A DNA stretch of 61,411 nt, the filler included, from Chiloscyllium plagiosum (lineage: Eukaryota): assembly GCF_004010195.1 (NCBI RefSeq). It is 4 parts of one record of this genome, joined end to end, with 100 filler letters (N's around TTAATTAATTAA, not from the genome) between each part and the next. Parts side by side here need not be neighbours in the genome. Positions count along the whole stretch, not along the records: positions 1 to 20,840 come from NC_057710.1; positions 20,941 to 39,669 come from NC_057710.1; 2 more parts are not named here. One strand, 5' to 3'. Position numbers and translations under genes: made by a program. Positions 11,107 to 23,760 of this stretch are shown piece by piece. Each line of letters starts with the position of its first letter. Within the stretch, counting starts at the first letter, position 1. Below the pieces are notes generated by a model. The model made no database searches. It was not told the DNA's origin and saw only the letters and a list, made by a program, of their open reading frames with translations.

Positions 11107-11900
11107 TTACACTTTATGGTCAGGTCCTAGAGAGTGTTGCTGAACAAAGAGACCTTGGAGTGCAGGTTCATAGCTCCTTGAAAGTGGAGTCGCAGGTAGA
11201 TAGGATAGTGAAGAAGGCGTTTGGTATGCTTTCTTTTGTTGGTCAGAGTATTGAGTACAGGAGTTAGGAGGTCATGTTGAGGCTGTACAAGGCATTGGTT
11301 AGGCCACTGTTGGAATATTGTGTGCAATCTGGCCTCCTTCCTATCGGAAAGATGTTGTGAAACTTGAACCGGTCAGAAAAGATTTACAAGGATGTTGCCA
11401 GGATTGGAGGATTTGAGCTATGGGGAGAGGCTGAACAGACTGGGGCTGTTTTCTCTGGAACATCAGAGGCTGAGAGGTGACCTTATAGAGGTTTATAAAA
11501 TCTTGAGGGGCATGGATAGGATAAATAGACAAGTCTTTCCCCCCATGGGGTGGGAGGAGTCCAAAACTAGAGGGCATAGGTCTTTTCCCTGGGATGGGTG
11601 AGTCCAGAACTAGAGGGCATAGGTTTAGGGTGAGAGGGGAAAGTTTTAAAGGGACCTAAGATGCAACTTTTTTCACTCGGAAGATGGTATTTGGATGGAA
11701 TGAACTGCCAGAGGATGTAGTGGAGGCTGGTACAATTGCAATATTTAAAAGGCATTTGGATGGGTATATGAATAGGAAGGGTTTGGAGGGTTATGGGCCG
11801 GGTGCTGGCTGGTGGGACTAGATGGGATTGGGATATCTGGTCGGCATGGACAAGTTGGACCAAAGGGTCTGTTTCCGTGCTGTACATCTCTATGACTTTA
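11107..11900 (+). mobile_element. CR1 LINE 3' fragment
   Basis: EQRDLGVQVHSSLKV and RLRGDLIEVYK motifs; CR1 tail; internal duplication at about 11533-11622. Confidence 0.9.
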
Positions 11901-12075
11901 TGTCTCTGAACTATCCCCCACAATTCTATAGGGAGTGGGCACTGAAATCAGCAGCCAACATATGATATTTAACTAAATAATTAATGGCAATTGAGTTGAG
12001 GACAAATTACAATTAAACTGAATATTATGATGTCCGTGCCATTATACGGTTGGCATGCAAAGTGGGCAGGACAAG

Positions 12076-13001
12076 TCACAGAGTCATTGGGATGTACAGC
12101 ACGGAAACAGACTCTTCAGTCCAACCCGGCCATGCCGATCAGATATCCTAACCTAATCTAGTCCCATTTGCCAGCACTTGGCCCACATCCATCTAAGTCC
12201 TTCCTATTCATATAACCATCCAGATGCCTTTTAAATATTGTAATTGTACCACCGTCCACCACTTCCTCTGGCCACTCATTCCACACACGTACCACCCTTT
12301 GTGTGAAAATATTGCCCCTTAGGTCCCTTTCACACCTTTCCCCTCTCACCCTAAACCTATGCCCTCTAGTTCAGGACTCCCCGACCCTAGAGAAAAGACC
12401 TATCCATTCCCTCATGATTTTATAAACCTCTATGAGGTCACCCCTCAGCCTCTGATCCTCCAGGGAAAACAGCCCCAGCCTATTCAGCCTTTCCCTAAAG
12501 CTCAAATCCTCCAACCCTGGCAACATCTTTGTAAATCTTTTCTGAATCCTTTCAAGTTTCACAACATCCTTCCCATAGCTGGGAGACCAGAATTACACAC
12601 AATATTCCAAAATTGGCTTAACCAATATCCTGTACAACTGCAACATGACCTCCAAACTCCTGTACTCAATACTCTGGCCGATAAAGGAAAGCATTCCAAA
12701 CACCTCCTTCACTATCCTATCTACTTTCAAGGAGCTATGAACCTTCACTCAAAGGTCTCTTTGTTCAGCAACACTCCCCAGGACCTTAACATTAAGTATA
12801 AAAGTCCTGCCCTGATTTGCCTTTTCAAAGTGCAGCACCTCACATTTATCTGAATTAAACTCCATCTGCCACTCCTCAGCCCATTGGCCCATCTGATCAA
12901 GATCTCATTGTACTCTGAGGTTACCTACTTCGCTGTCCATTACACCTCCAATTTTGGTGTCAACTGCAAACTTACTAACTATAACTCCTATGTTCACATC
13001 C
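12076..13001 (-). mobile_element. CR1 LINE 3' fragment
   Basis: Reverse-complement homologue of 9537-10495 (KLERIQKRFTKMLPGLEDLS). Confidence 0.9.
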
Positions 13002-14239
13002 AATTGCAAATGGTTAAATGATTTAATATAAGGAATGCACTGTGTGCTTTGGGGACAGTGAGGGAAGATATTTGTCCCCTTTTGTACTTCTCTATCTGGA
13101 ATCTGGTGAATTCTGGTGCTTCTGGGGCTATTTTATTGGTCTAGAAGCTGTTGAATGTGGGACCTCCCCCCATTCTCAGTCCAATTCTCAGACTGTTTAA
13201 CCCCCTAACTTTGACAGCAGGGTTCACTTGTTTTTCGATGTATCAGCTGTCAGTCATACTTGCATTGCTTGGGGTACTGGGTGGAGTAAGCAATATACAC
13301 CGTTTCACCAGTGAAGTCAAGGCCATTCATTACACAAGTTGAAGCAGATGATGTCATCAGGTGAGTTGACTCATTCATATCAAATCTAGTCATCATGTAA
13401 TGAAAACATAGCAAACCTAGACTGTGCATTGATATAAGGTGATTAACATAATTCTAGACAAACACTGACTATCTACAGTCCGAGAACTATTGGCATTATG
13501 CAGTGCCTCCACTGTCTTCACGATGTCAAAATGAGATGGAGCTAGGTACCACTGGAAGATTTGTATTACACTCCAAGGTGTGGTTCAGTACTGCAGATTG
13601 CCCTTTGGTCTCACTTCCAGAAGGTAGTTTTGTCAGTTTTGTCAGGCATTAAGGGGATGCTCAACTGACTTGATGATGCTGTTTTTGTAAAAACAAAATA
13701 AATCACAGCAGATTACACTCCAAACTGAACAATAAAAAATACAATGCTGCAAGTGAGAATGGACATTGCACCTTGATAGTGCTACAGTGACAAACAATGG
13801 GCCTACCTTTGAAAAATGAATGAGTCATTCCCTCAGTTACTGAGCAATTTTTTCTTCCCTATTGACTATACAGTGTACTGCTCAGATTTATGTCTGTTGT
13901 ACATTGGCTGTGAAGATTTATACTTAAAACAAAGAGCACTGATTCAGACCAAGTAAAAACAAAGCTGTTGGTCCTTTGTTACTAAGCAAAAAAACTGACA
14001 ACTTTAACTCTTTGAGTACAAGTTAGCAAAATAGGATGAGCTCTGTGTAAATAAAGAAGGGCAATTTCTGCAGCTTTCATGAATTGCTGGTGCATGACCA
14101 GCAGCAGCCCATTGTGCAGGGCTGTGCCATTTCCCTCTCAGCAGCCATAACACATTGATGTTATGTAAATTTCCCATGTTCCCATGTTTTGCTTCTGCAC
14201 CACTGGTGATGGTGATTATATTTGGACAATCTCAAATAT

Positions 14240-14770
14240 CTGAATTAGGAGCAGCAGTAAGCTACTCATCTCCTTGATCCTGCTCCATTGTTCAGTAAGT
14301 TCATGGTTGAAATGATTGCAACCTTGAATCCGCATTCCCACCCTCGCGATTGACAAAAATCTGTCTGCTTGTGCCTTCCTAAATACTTAAGGACACTGCG
14401 TTCACCACTTTTTCAGGAAGAGAGTTCCAATGACTCGTATCCCTCTGAGAGAAAAAAAATTACCTCTGTTTGAAATCAGCAACCTCTGATCTTTAATGAA
14501 AGACCTGTAGTTCTCAATTCTGCCACAGGAGTAAACATCCTTTCCACATCTACCCTGTTAAGGCTCCTCAGGATCTGTTATGTCTCAATCAAATTATCTC
14601 TTACTCTTTTAAACTCCAATGGATACAAGCTTTGTCTGTCCAACCTTTCCTCATAAAACAAGACCCCATTCTAGATATTAGTTGAGTAAACCTTCTGTGA
14701 ACGATTCCTAACACACTTACATCCTTCCTTCAGTAATGTAGACAAAACTGCGGACCATAATCCTAATGTG
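14240..14770 (-). mobile_element. Old CR1 LINE 3' fragment
   Basis: Diverged similarity to the CR1 3' ends at 23240-23760 and 38866-39669. Confidence 0.6.
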
Positions 14771-15014
14771 AGGCCTGGCTTTGAGCAGAATGGGTTGCGT
14801 GTACCAGTCATGGATATCTTTGTGTTTATCATAGACTGCAGTAAAGTCAATAATAGGATCTCAAGGTCTATTAGAAATTTCTGGATTTTCTTTTAAGTTT
14901 AAGCAAAACTTAGAAAGGGAGATTTATAGTTTCAGTTTTACTTTGTGTTTTGGGCAGTCCTATAGAGTTTTTGGAAATGGATGCCTGTGTAGACTCCTAT
15001 GAAAGGAAGGATAT

Positions 15015-15313
15015 GATTAGATTAGATTACTTACAGTGTGGAAACAGGCCCTTTGGCCCAACAAGTCCACACCGCCCCGCTGAAGCGCAACACACCCATA
15101 TCCCTACATTTACCCCTTACCTAACACTACGGGCAATTTAGCATGGCCAATTCACCTAACTTGCACATTTTTGGACTGTGGGAGGAAACTGGAGCACCCG
15201 GAGGAAACCCACGCAAACACGGGGTGAATGTGCAAACTCCACAAAGTCAGTCACCTGAGGCGGGAATTGAACCCGGGTCTCTGTGAGGCAGCAGTGCTAA
15301 CCACTGTGCCACA
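15015..15313 (-). mobile_element. HE1-type SINE
   Basis: Reverse complement of 16734-17052; (CTAAT)n tail. Confidence 0.92.
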
Positions 15314-16331
15314 GTGTTAATACAATTCTGTTTCATTATTAAAGGAATATATGCAGCATTGCAAACCTTAAGTTTCAATGAGCAATCACATTGTTAAAAC
15401 CAAAACAAAATAAAATATGATCTATAAAGCCAGCATTCTGTCAGGGATTTGACTTGTCCAGTGATGACAAAAACTGGGGTCATAACAACAGACTGCAATT
15501 GAACGTTTACTATCAATTCCAATTGTGAGACAAACAAAAATCCTCTGTGCTCATTTTTGATCCACAAATGAACTGAAATTAGATTTACGTAGTACAATTC
15601 CTATCAATTCAATGGGTAAAGTAAAATGCTTCTTTTAACAAGGCATTGTCATGTGGACTCATGCTTCAAACTATTGCCTTATTTATTCTGTTTGGCTCTG
15701 TGAAACAGCAGTTTGTGCTATCAAATAAGTACTATAACACTAATACTCGTTTGATTGAACTTCTGATATGTACTTGCATTGCCACGGCAGGGTTTCCAGC
15801 AGCTGTTAGAATGCAGGTGGTCTCTGAGGCACGTCACAGATACTGTAGCTATTTGACCACCTGTAGATACCTCTACCTAACATTTTGAATCCTCATGGCT
15901 TTCCATTGGATTAGTTAATTGTAAATAGCCCATGTTACCTCTGTTTCAACTGGAAATAAATTACTTGCTGGGAGATATTTCATGTTTTACAGTTGGTGTA
16001 TCATAACAGGTGCATTGCTCCCATGTAAATTAAGAAAAGAAAATTAGTTCATGAGCACCCAATGAACTCTTCCATATATTTTATTTGTGGACACAATTCA
16101 CAGGAGAGAGCAAGTTAAAAATAGGAATTATAGTAAATAATGTGGTGATGGTTTGCGATGCAATGCCAATTCTCTATAGAAGATGTGCAGTATTTTTAAA
16201 ATTGATATCTCCACTTTGATGAATAAAACTACGATCAAAAGGTCAATGCTAGGTATAATTTAATTAATGAGACTTTGCTGCCCTCTAAAGGCATGTGATT
16301 AAAATGGTTTACAAGTAATCACTTTTCTCAA

Positions 16332-16640
16332 TAAGGAGGAACCTTGATTATTTGAATATCAATTATCTGACTTTCAGATTATCTGAAGAAGATCTCAAGG
16401 TCCCTATAGAAATATTATTGCGCATCAAAGAGGTGTTACCAACATTGATTGCATCTTTTGCTTACGATGATTAAAAATGAACTCGGCTTACGGAAATGCT
16501 GTTGAGAACAGTCCTGGACATCGATGGGAGCCCAGGCACCGTCTCCAAATGACTGACTTCTTGCCCTCTCTCTCTCTCTCCCCCATAATTTCCCTGGAGT
16601 TCTACACAGAGGTGTACCCTAAACCCCCCTTCCCCAGATA
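16332..16640. mobile_element. Possible Tc1/mariner (Tigger/pogo-like) DNA transposon end
   Basis: GAACCTTGATTATTTGAA..ATTATCTGA..GATTATCTGAA subterminal repeats resemble CpG-decayed pogo-type termini; no second end found. Confidence 0.35.
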
Positions 16641-16733
16641 ACACATTTTAAGGTGACACTCCATTGACAGCAAATTTCAATTAAATGTTATAATTACTAA
16701 TTCCATAATCGAACATAGATAATTCACTAATTC

Positions 16734-17052
16734 GGGGCGGCACGGTGGCTCAGTGGTTAGCAATGCTGCCTCACAGCACCAGGGACTCGGGTTCAATTCC
16801 CACCTCGGGCAACTGACTCTGTGGAGTTTGCACGTTTTCCCCGTGTCTGCGTGGGTTTCCTCCGGGTGCTCCGGTTTCCTCCCACTGTCCAAAGATGTGC
16901 AGGTCAGGTGAATTGGCCATGCTAAATTGCCCATAGTGTTAGGTAAGGGGTAAATGTAGGGGTATGGGTGGGTTTCGCTTCGGCGGGTCGGTGTGGACTT
17001 GTTGGGCCGAAGGGCCTGTTTCCACACTGTAATGTAATGTAATCTAATGTAA
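16734..17052 (+). mobile_element. HE1-type SINE, young copy
   Basis: GGGGCGGCACGGTGGCTCAGTGGTTAGC A box, GGTTCAATTCC B box, V-domain, tail TGTAATCTAAT; ACTAATTC on both flanks (possible TSD). Confidence 0.95.
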
Positions 17053-20000
17053 ACTAATTCAATTTTAAATATGGATTTCCAGTTCTTAATATCATAGGAC
17101 ACAAGTTGTTATATCAATTAAATTCTATATATAATTTGCTATGAACTGACTGTTAGATTTCCACTGTTCAGTTGTGATATGTGCAAAAAGCTTCCACAGA
17201 TATATTAGTATTGCTAAACCAAAATTATTTTATGCTTGACAAATCTTAGGTATCATGCCAAAGAATTAATAATTCAACCTTCTACTGAACAGCACGTCCA
17301 GAAGCAGTACAGACTATTTGCATTGTGTCCTCCAGAGCTCAGAACTGGCAGTAACACAATGTTGACAGGCCATATAACATTTATATAAATGACTTGATCA
17401 TAGGTATCAGATTATGGAACATGGTTAACAGTGAGGAAGAATGTAGGAAATTTAGAAGGACAAGGACAAGGTAGTGGAGTGAGCAGTAGTTAACTGCGAG
17501 AATAGAACATAGCCAAATGTAAGATAGCAAGGTTTGTGAATAAGAACAGCAAAGGCCAAAACTGATAAGAATAATATACCAAAAATGCCACGCCTTTCCA
17601 AAATGAGGAATACACTGATCTAGAAATTAAAGTATATAGATCATCAAGGTGCAAGCAATACAACTAAGTGTTTTCTGAGTTTTGCTCATGACAACATAAA
17701 ATACAAGTCAAGGAAACAATGTTAAATGAGTGCAAAATATTGGTTAAGCCAGAGTCAGAATATTGCATATAGTACTGGGCACAGGATTAGCTAGGTTGAT
17801 GGATATTGGTGGCTTGGATCACAGCCATCTTCTCAAGGTCGAATAATAAATGTCAGTAACAGTCACATCCATAAATGTATAACATGTAGACAAGATGGGA
17901 AATACAAAACTACAAAATAAAGTTGAAGAATATGAATGTATAAGTAGATTTTGGTTTGAATAAGGAACCAACCATAAATAATATAAAATCAATATAAAAT
18001 GGGTTTCTTTTTCTGATATCCTGTAATACACTCAAATCTTCGTTCCTCGTAAAGACATGTTGCTTTTCCTTTTGGGTTCAAATCGTTTTCAGACTCAGCA
18101 GGTTTCCCATGTTACATGGGGTTAGCTCCCAGAGATTTACCTGTCCTGGCCCTGAAGCTGAGGAAATCAGTGTTCGAAATGGTAGGGATAGCAGCAAATG
18201 TTGCCAGTGAAACATCGGATGCAATCAATCACACAGATACTTCTTGGCAGTTTCTAAAAGTCAGTGAAATTATAAAATTAATGAAGAGCTAACAAGGTTA
18301 TCAGCTTTTTACTAAAGTTGAAAATTTAGTGGTTGCTAACAATCGATCCATGTATTCTTTAAATGTAATTTAAGATTAAATTCTCCAATACTTAGCCTAG
18401 TCCAGAAGATTGCTTCTTCAGTTCTAGCCTGGCAGTGATGGGGATGCTCATCTGACATAGATAGAATGAGAATGAAAGTTGTGTCTAACAAGTACGAGTA
18501 CCTAGACGCCAAATTAAGAAGCATATCTTCAAAGATAACATTCTCCGGATTATTACTCAGCCATGTGCAAATTGGCAAAGGACAAACAAGGTTGGAGCAG
18601 TGTGTTTGTGACTCAAAAATTGGTGCTGGAGAAATGGGGTTCCAGTTTGTGGGGTATTAGCACCAATATTGGGGAAAGTGGGGTCTGTACTTGTGTGATG
18701 GTCTATATTTGAACTGGAGAAGTAATGCAGGTCTTAAACTAATAGTGGTGTAAGGGCCTAAATTTAGGAATTTGTGGTGTATCAAGGAGTTGGGAAAATG
18801 CAACAGAGCAAGGAATTAATGCGGGAAGTGATAAATAGATGATGATAGAAAGGAACATTCTCGGAGCAAATCGGCAAAAAGACTAAAGGTTGCGAGGATA
18901 ATTGAAGGAAAAGACTTCAGGCACTGTATTCGAATACATGTAGCCATTCAGAAAAAAATAGATGAACTGGTTGTACAAATTGAGAGAAGTACAATCTAGC
19001 AGCCATAATTGAGAAAACTGAAAGACCTGCAGATGCTGGACCAGACACAAAACCAAAACCCGAAATTGCAGGAAAAACTCAGCAGGTCTTCAGAAGAGTC
19101 ACTGGACCCAAAATGTTAACTTTGCTTTCTCCCCACATATGCTGCCAGAGCTGCTGAGTTTTATGGTTTTGTTCTTGAGCCATAACTGAGATGTGGCTGC
19201 AGGATAACTTGGATTTGGGCCGATATATTGAAGGATATGAGACATTTAGGAAAGAAAGAGAGCCAGGAAAAGGCAGAGGAATGGCTCCATTACTAAAAGA
19301 TGATGTTAGGGAGATCTAAGATGGCGGCGATCTGAGAAGATCACACTGCAGAGCTTTGCATCATAGCAGGAGCAGGATGGTCCTTTAAGCCACCCAACCC
19401 AGGTCATCAGGATTTCTTGGGGCATTGGAAAGATTGTGGAGCCCCAAGAAACATTTAAAAATTGACTTACCTGTATTTTCAGCTGTCCAGAAATGCCTAA
19501 AAAGGGAGGAGGAGCATCTGAGGCCGGGCCTGCAGCTCAGCTAATTTGCGTGACCAAGTGGATGATCTTGAAAACAGGGGCAGAAGAAACAACATTTGGA
19601 TCATCGGTCTACCTGAGGGTAAGGAAGGTGAGCGGCCTGTGGAATTTGTTGAAGATTGGCTTCTGAAATTCCTTGACTTGGGGACTGGCATGAGAGGAGT
19701 GAAGATAGAGAGGGCTCACCGGGTCGCAGCACGGAGGTTGGGTTTGGGTCAACGACCTCGTCATTTCCTGGTGCGGTTCCATCATTACTGGGATAAGGAG
19801 AGAGTCATGGAGGCTTCCAGGGGAAGGATCCAAAGGCCCTAATTTACGAGGGATCTAAGATCATGTTTTTTCAGGACTTTTCAGCGGCGGTGATCCAGAT
19901 ACGAAAATCGTATGATGGTGTCAAGAGAAGATTGAAGGAGCTTGGGATTCAGTACTCCCTGAGATACCCGGCAGTGCTTCGGATCACCTTAGATGGATCC

Positions 20001-20840
20001 ATGCATATCTTTGACACATCGGAGAAGGCAAGAGACTTTGTGGACAAACTAACCTAATTTAAACAATTGTAGTATGTATACATATTGTTGCTTGGGTATG
20101 CGTTTATCATTCTGTAAATGAAATGGAGGAAATCCGGTTGGAGCTTTGTTTTCCCCCTTTTTTTACCTCTATTGATAATAATTTGGTTCAAACTATGTCT
20201 GGAGGTGGTTAAGATGTACATTTTAAATTTCTAAGTTAGGACATACCAAAGGATGGGTGGGGTATTTATTCCCCCTTTTTTAATAAAAGAATTTTTTTTT
20301 ATTCATATTGATATTCTATGGGGTGTTTATTCTTTTTAGCTTGTGCTTGCGATGTGGCTCCAGCTGGGAGAAGTGAAGGTGGTTAGAAGCCTATTTATGG
20401 GCAGTTCGGGATGGGTAGTTGCCCCCTCCGGGCAGGGGGTGAGTTCCCCTACACAGCACTATTGGCGCTTTATATGTTGGTTGTTTTCTGGTTTTTGTTG
20501 TTTTTTATTTTTAATAATTTTGTATGTTTGTTAAATGTAGTGGTTTTAGATTATGTAGTTTTTATATTTGGTGGACCATGCGACACTAAGGCTCAGAAAT
20601 TTGTGGTTCAGGTTCCTCCTCTCTGGAATTTAAAAGTAATTGCAGAAGATTATGGCTAATGATTTGATTAAATGGTGTACCTGGAATATCAAGGGAAGTC
20701 ACTCACCAATTAAGAGGAAGAAGGTACTCTTGAATCTTAGAAAGGAGAAGGTGGATATTGCTTTGTTACAGGAGACACATTTGGATGACAAGGAGCATCT
20801 GAAATTACAGCAGAATGGCTTTGACCAAGTTTATTTTTCA

Positions 20841-20940
20841 NNNNNNNNNNNNNNNNNNNNNNNNNNNNNNNNNNNNNNNNNNNNTTAATTAATTAANNNN
20901 NNNNNNNNNNNNNNNNNNNNNNNNNNNNNNNNNNNNNNNN
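20841..20940. other. Assembly join: 100 nt with TTAATTAATTAA linker (20885-20896)
   Basis: 44 N + palindromic six-frame-stop linker + 44 N. Confidence 0.95.
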
Positions 20941-21386
20941 ACATTAAAAATTACCAATTAAGCTCGCTTTTGACCTACGTGAGTGATTGGGTTTGTGGGG
21001 ACCCTCTTTCAACATTGCTAGATATCGAAGCCTCCCAGGCAAGGTGCCTCCTTCCAGTTTGCTGTTTTTGGACAAGGTGAGGACAGTTAGGGAGTATTGT
21101 CATAACCCAATAGTCATCAATACTGTTAAAGCATGGAGGGCAATTCGGCAGAGAGAAGGTAATATTGGCAAAACATCTTTTCTTTACACCTTTAGTGGGT
21201 ATGCCGAGTTTTCAACCAGGTATGATAGATTCAGGATTTAAACGTTGGGCAGCTAGGGGTATATCTTGCATGGGTGATTTATTTGAGGGAGATGTAATGA
21301 TGTCCTTCCATCAGTTAGTACGGAAGTACGAGTTACCTAATAGAGACCTCTTTTGTTTTTTTCAAGTTAGGGATTTTATTCAAAAA

Positions 21387-21473
21387 NNNNNNNNNNNNNN
21401 NNNNNNNNNNNNNNNNNNNNNNNNNNNNNNNNNNNNNNNNNNNNNNNNNNNNNNNNNNNNNNNNNNNNNNNNN
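21387..21473. other. Assembly gap (87 N)
   Basis: Run of N. Confidence 0.99.
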
Positions 21474-22059
21474 AAGATGTGGGGAAAAAAGCTGGGTGTT
21501 GAAGTTTCTTCAGAGGCATGGGAGGATATTTGGGAGAATGCAAGGAAGATATCAATTTGCAACAGGACCCATGCTTTACAATTGAAGATTCTCCACAGGG
21601 TCCACTTCGCCCCAGACCATTTGTCAAAATTTACACCAGGGGTATCTTCAGCATGTCCCAAGTGCAAGGTCTGCACGGGTACTCTTACCCATTGTCTTTG
21701 GTCTTGTGACAGGCTTCAAACATATTGGAGTGATGTGGTGGGTGCAATGGAGAGGATTTTAGGTGTGGGGTGGAGAAGGACCTTATTTCGCTCCTTTTGG
21801 GCCTACCCATTGTATTTCCTGCAGACTCGCATAAGGCAAAACTTTTCAATATTCTTATATTCTGTTATAAAAAAAATGATATTAGCACAATAGAGGGGGA
21901 TAATCGAATTCAGGAAACCAGTATTTAGAAGCAGTCTGGTAGAGATGTGGAATGATAAAGGCAAAAGACAACTTATGGCAGTTGTGTCCAGGCCCTCTCA
22001 CAGTAACCAAGTAGGACATGATATCAATAATAGGAGCTGTTAAAAGGAGACAGCAATTA

Positions 22060-22985
22060 TCACAGAGTCACAGAGATCTATAGCTCAGAAAAATGGCCCT
22101 TTGGCCCTTCGTGGCCACGTCAGTCAAAACCAATCCAGCTACTCTCCTAAACTCCTTTTCTAAAACTTGACAAATAGCATTGTGTGTCTTGTCATCAGAA
22201 GTGCACATCTAAATACTTTTTAAACATGAAAAAGCTTTTCCTCACATCTTGAATCATTCTGCACCTTACCTTAAATATATGCCAGGAGAAAGTGAGGACT
22301 GCAGATGCTGGAGACCTGAGCTGAAAATGTGTTGCTGGAAAAGCGCAGCAGGTCAGGCAGCATCCAAGGAGCAGGAGAATCGACGTTTCGGGCATAAGCT
22401 CTTCTTCAGGGCATGAGCCCTCCTTCCTGAAGAAGGGCTCAAGCCCGAAACGTCGATTCTCCTGCTCCTTGGATGCTGCCTCACCTGCTGCGCTTTTCCA
22501 GCAACACATTTTCAGCTTAAATTTATGCCCTCAATCATTAATCCCTCTACCTTATATATGCCCCTCATAATTTTATGCTTGTCAGTTGTATCTCCTCTCA
22601 ATCTGCTCTGCTCTAAGGGAAATTGCCCCAGTCTGTCCAATCTCTCTTCATTACTGAAACTGTCCAGTCCAGACAACATCCTGGTCCATCTCCTCCAGAC
22701 TCGACTGAAATCACATTTCTCCTAAACTGTCGATCCCAGAACTACATACAATATTCTAGCTGTGGCCTAATCAACATTTTATTCAGTTCCTCTCTGCTCT
22801 TAAATTCTACTCCTAGCTAATAAAAACAAGATTTCTTAATCGCTTTATCCACCTGTCCTGGTACCTTAAAGGACATGTACACCAAGCTCCCTCTGATTCT
22901 CGGTGCTTACCAAGATTCTATCATTGGTGATGTGTTCCCTTGCCTTGGTTTGTGCTATCTATGTGCATCACATTTGGTCAGGCTG
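22060..22985 (-). mobile_element. CR1 LINE 3' fragment hosting a Penelope-derived hairpin
   Basis: Reverse-complement CR1 3' UTR and RT tail. Confidence 0.7.
22284..22515. mobile_element. Palindromic Penelope-derived mini-element with two opposed hammerhead cores and a 14-bp TSD
   Basis: Inverted arms; cores at about 22378-22410 (-) and 22423-22458 (+); flanks CTTAAATATATGCC (22270-22283) and CTTAAATTTATGCC (22516-22529). Confidence 0.8.
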
Positions 22986-23239
22986 AATTCTGTGGGGCAT
23001 TTTAACCTATGTGTAAAATGAAAAAATCAGCTGAGAAAAACAGTCCAGATGAAGATTTCATTGAACATTTCAGGGATAATTTCTTATGCCAGCATGATAC
23101 TAGCCTCATAGTGAAAGATTCTCTGACTAACAGCAACTGTAATATGATTGACTTTTACATACAGTTTAAGGGACAGAAATGTGAGCCCAAGATTACTATT
23201 TTGAATTTAAACAAGGACAAATATAAGACCATAAGATCT

Positions 23240-23760
23240 TGAGACACAGGATCAGAAATTAAGCCATTCAGCCCATCGAGTCTGCTCCACCATTCAATCA
23301 CGGCTGATAAGTTTCACAACCCCATTCTCCTGCTTTCTCCCTGTGGCCCTTGATCCCCTTGATACTCAAGAACCTATCCACCTCAGTCTTAAATATATGG
23401 CCTCAATGACCTGGCTACCACAGCCTTCTGTGGCAATGGATTCCATAGATTCATCCCTCTCTGGCTGAAGAAGTTTCTCCTTATCTCTGTTCTAAAAGCT
23501 CTTCCCTTTACTCTAAGGCAGTGCCCTTGGGTCCTAGTCTCTGCTACCAATGAAAACATTTTCCCAAGGTCCACTGTGTTCAGGCCATTCAGTGTTCTGT
23601 ATATCTCAATTAGATCCCCTCTCATCCTTCTAAACTCCAGAGTCCTCAAACATTCCTCATATGTTACGCTTTTCATTCCTTGGACCATCCTTGTGAGCCT
23701 CCTCTGAACATGCTCCAGGGCCATTACATCCTTCCTGAGATATGGGGCCCAAAACTGCGC
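23240..23760 (-). mobile_element. CR1 LINE 3' fragment
   Basis: ALEHVQRRLTRMV..RMRGDLIEIY..RRNFFSQR..WNPLP. Confidence 0.9.

Larger units (their letters stand above)
6500..14200 (+). mobile_element. Highly decayed Ty3/Gypsy gag-pol relic split by later insertions
   Basis: Fragments in the correct order: gag IYDQLLEK / RDCLFMEDDAFTLKK / AVQIEQA (about 6680-6800); zinc knuckle CPNCG..CP..SCLKHF (about 6945-7030) resuming as KVCRS at about 10566; protease-like LLINIGVEVS (about 10720); RT EADDVI..SNLVI..PRLCIDIR (about 13340-13440), RLPFGL (about 13595) and LDD (about 13670). Confidence 0.7.
19310..21871 (+). mobile_element. L1-clade LINE with internally deleted ORF1; ORF2 partly lost in gaps
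   Basis: Starts near AAGATGGCGGCG; ORF1 DDLENRGRRNNIWIIGLPE..IERAHR..FFQDFS; ORF2 from about 20652 TWNIKG..DIALLQETHL (APE endonuclease); C-terminal CPKC..THCLWSC knuckle; ATGATRTTAG on both flanks (possible TSD). Confidence 0.9.

Noticed and set aside
13241..13366. Exon-like segment ending CAG|GTGAGT
   Set aside because: Reads through as decayed Gypsy RT (EADDVI..SNLVI..RLCID) and does not resemble the expected upstream exon
16734..16810. tRNA gene
   Set aside because: A/B boxes are the head of a multi-copy HE1 SINE; the same applies to the other SINE heads
20885..20896. Biological palindrome TTAATTAATTAA
   Set aside because: Centred in identical 100-nt N blocks three times; an assembly linker
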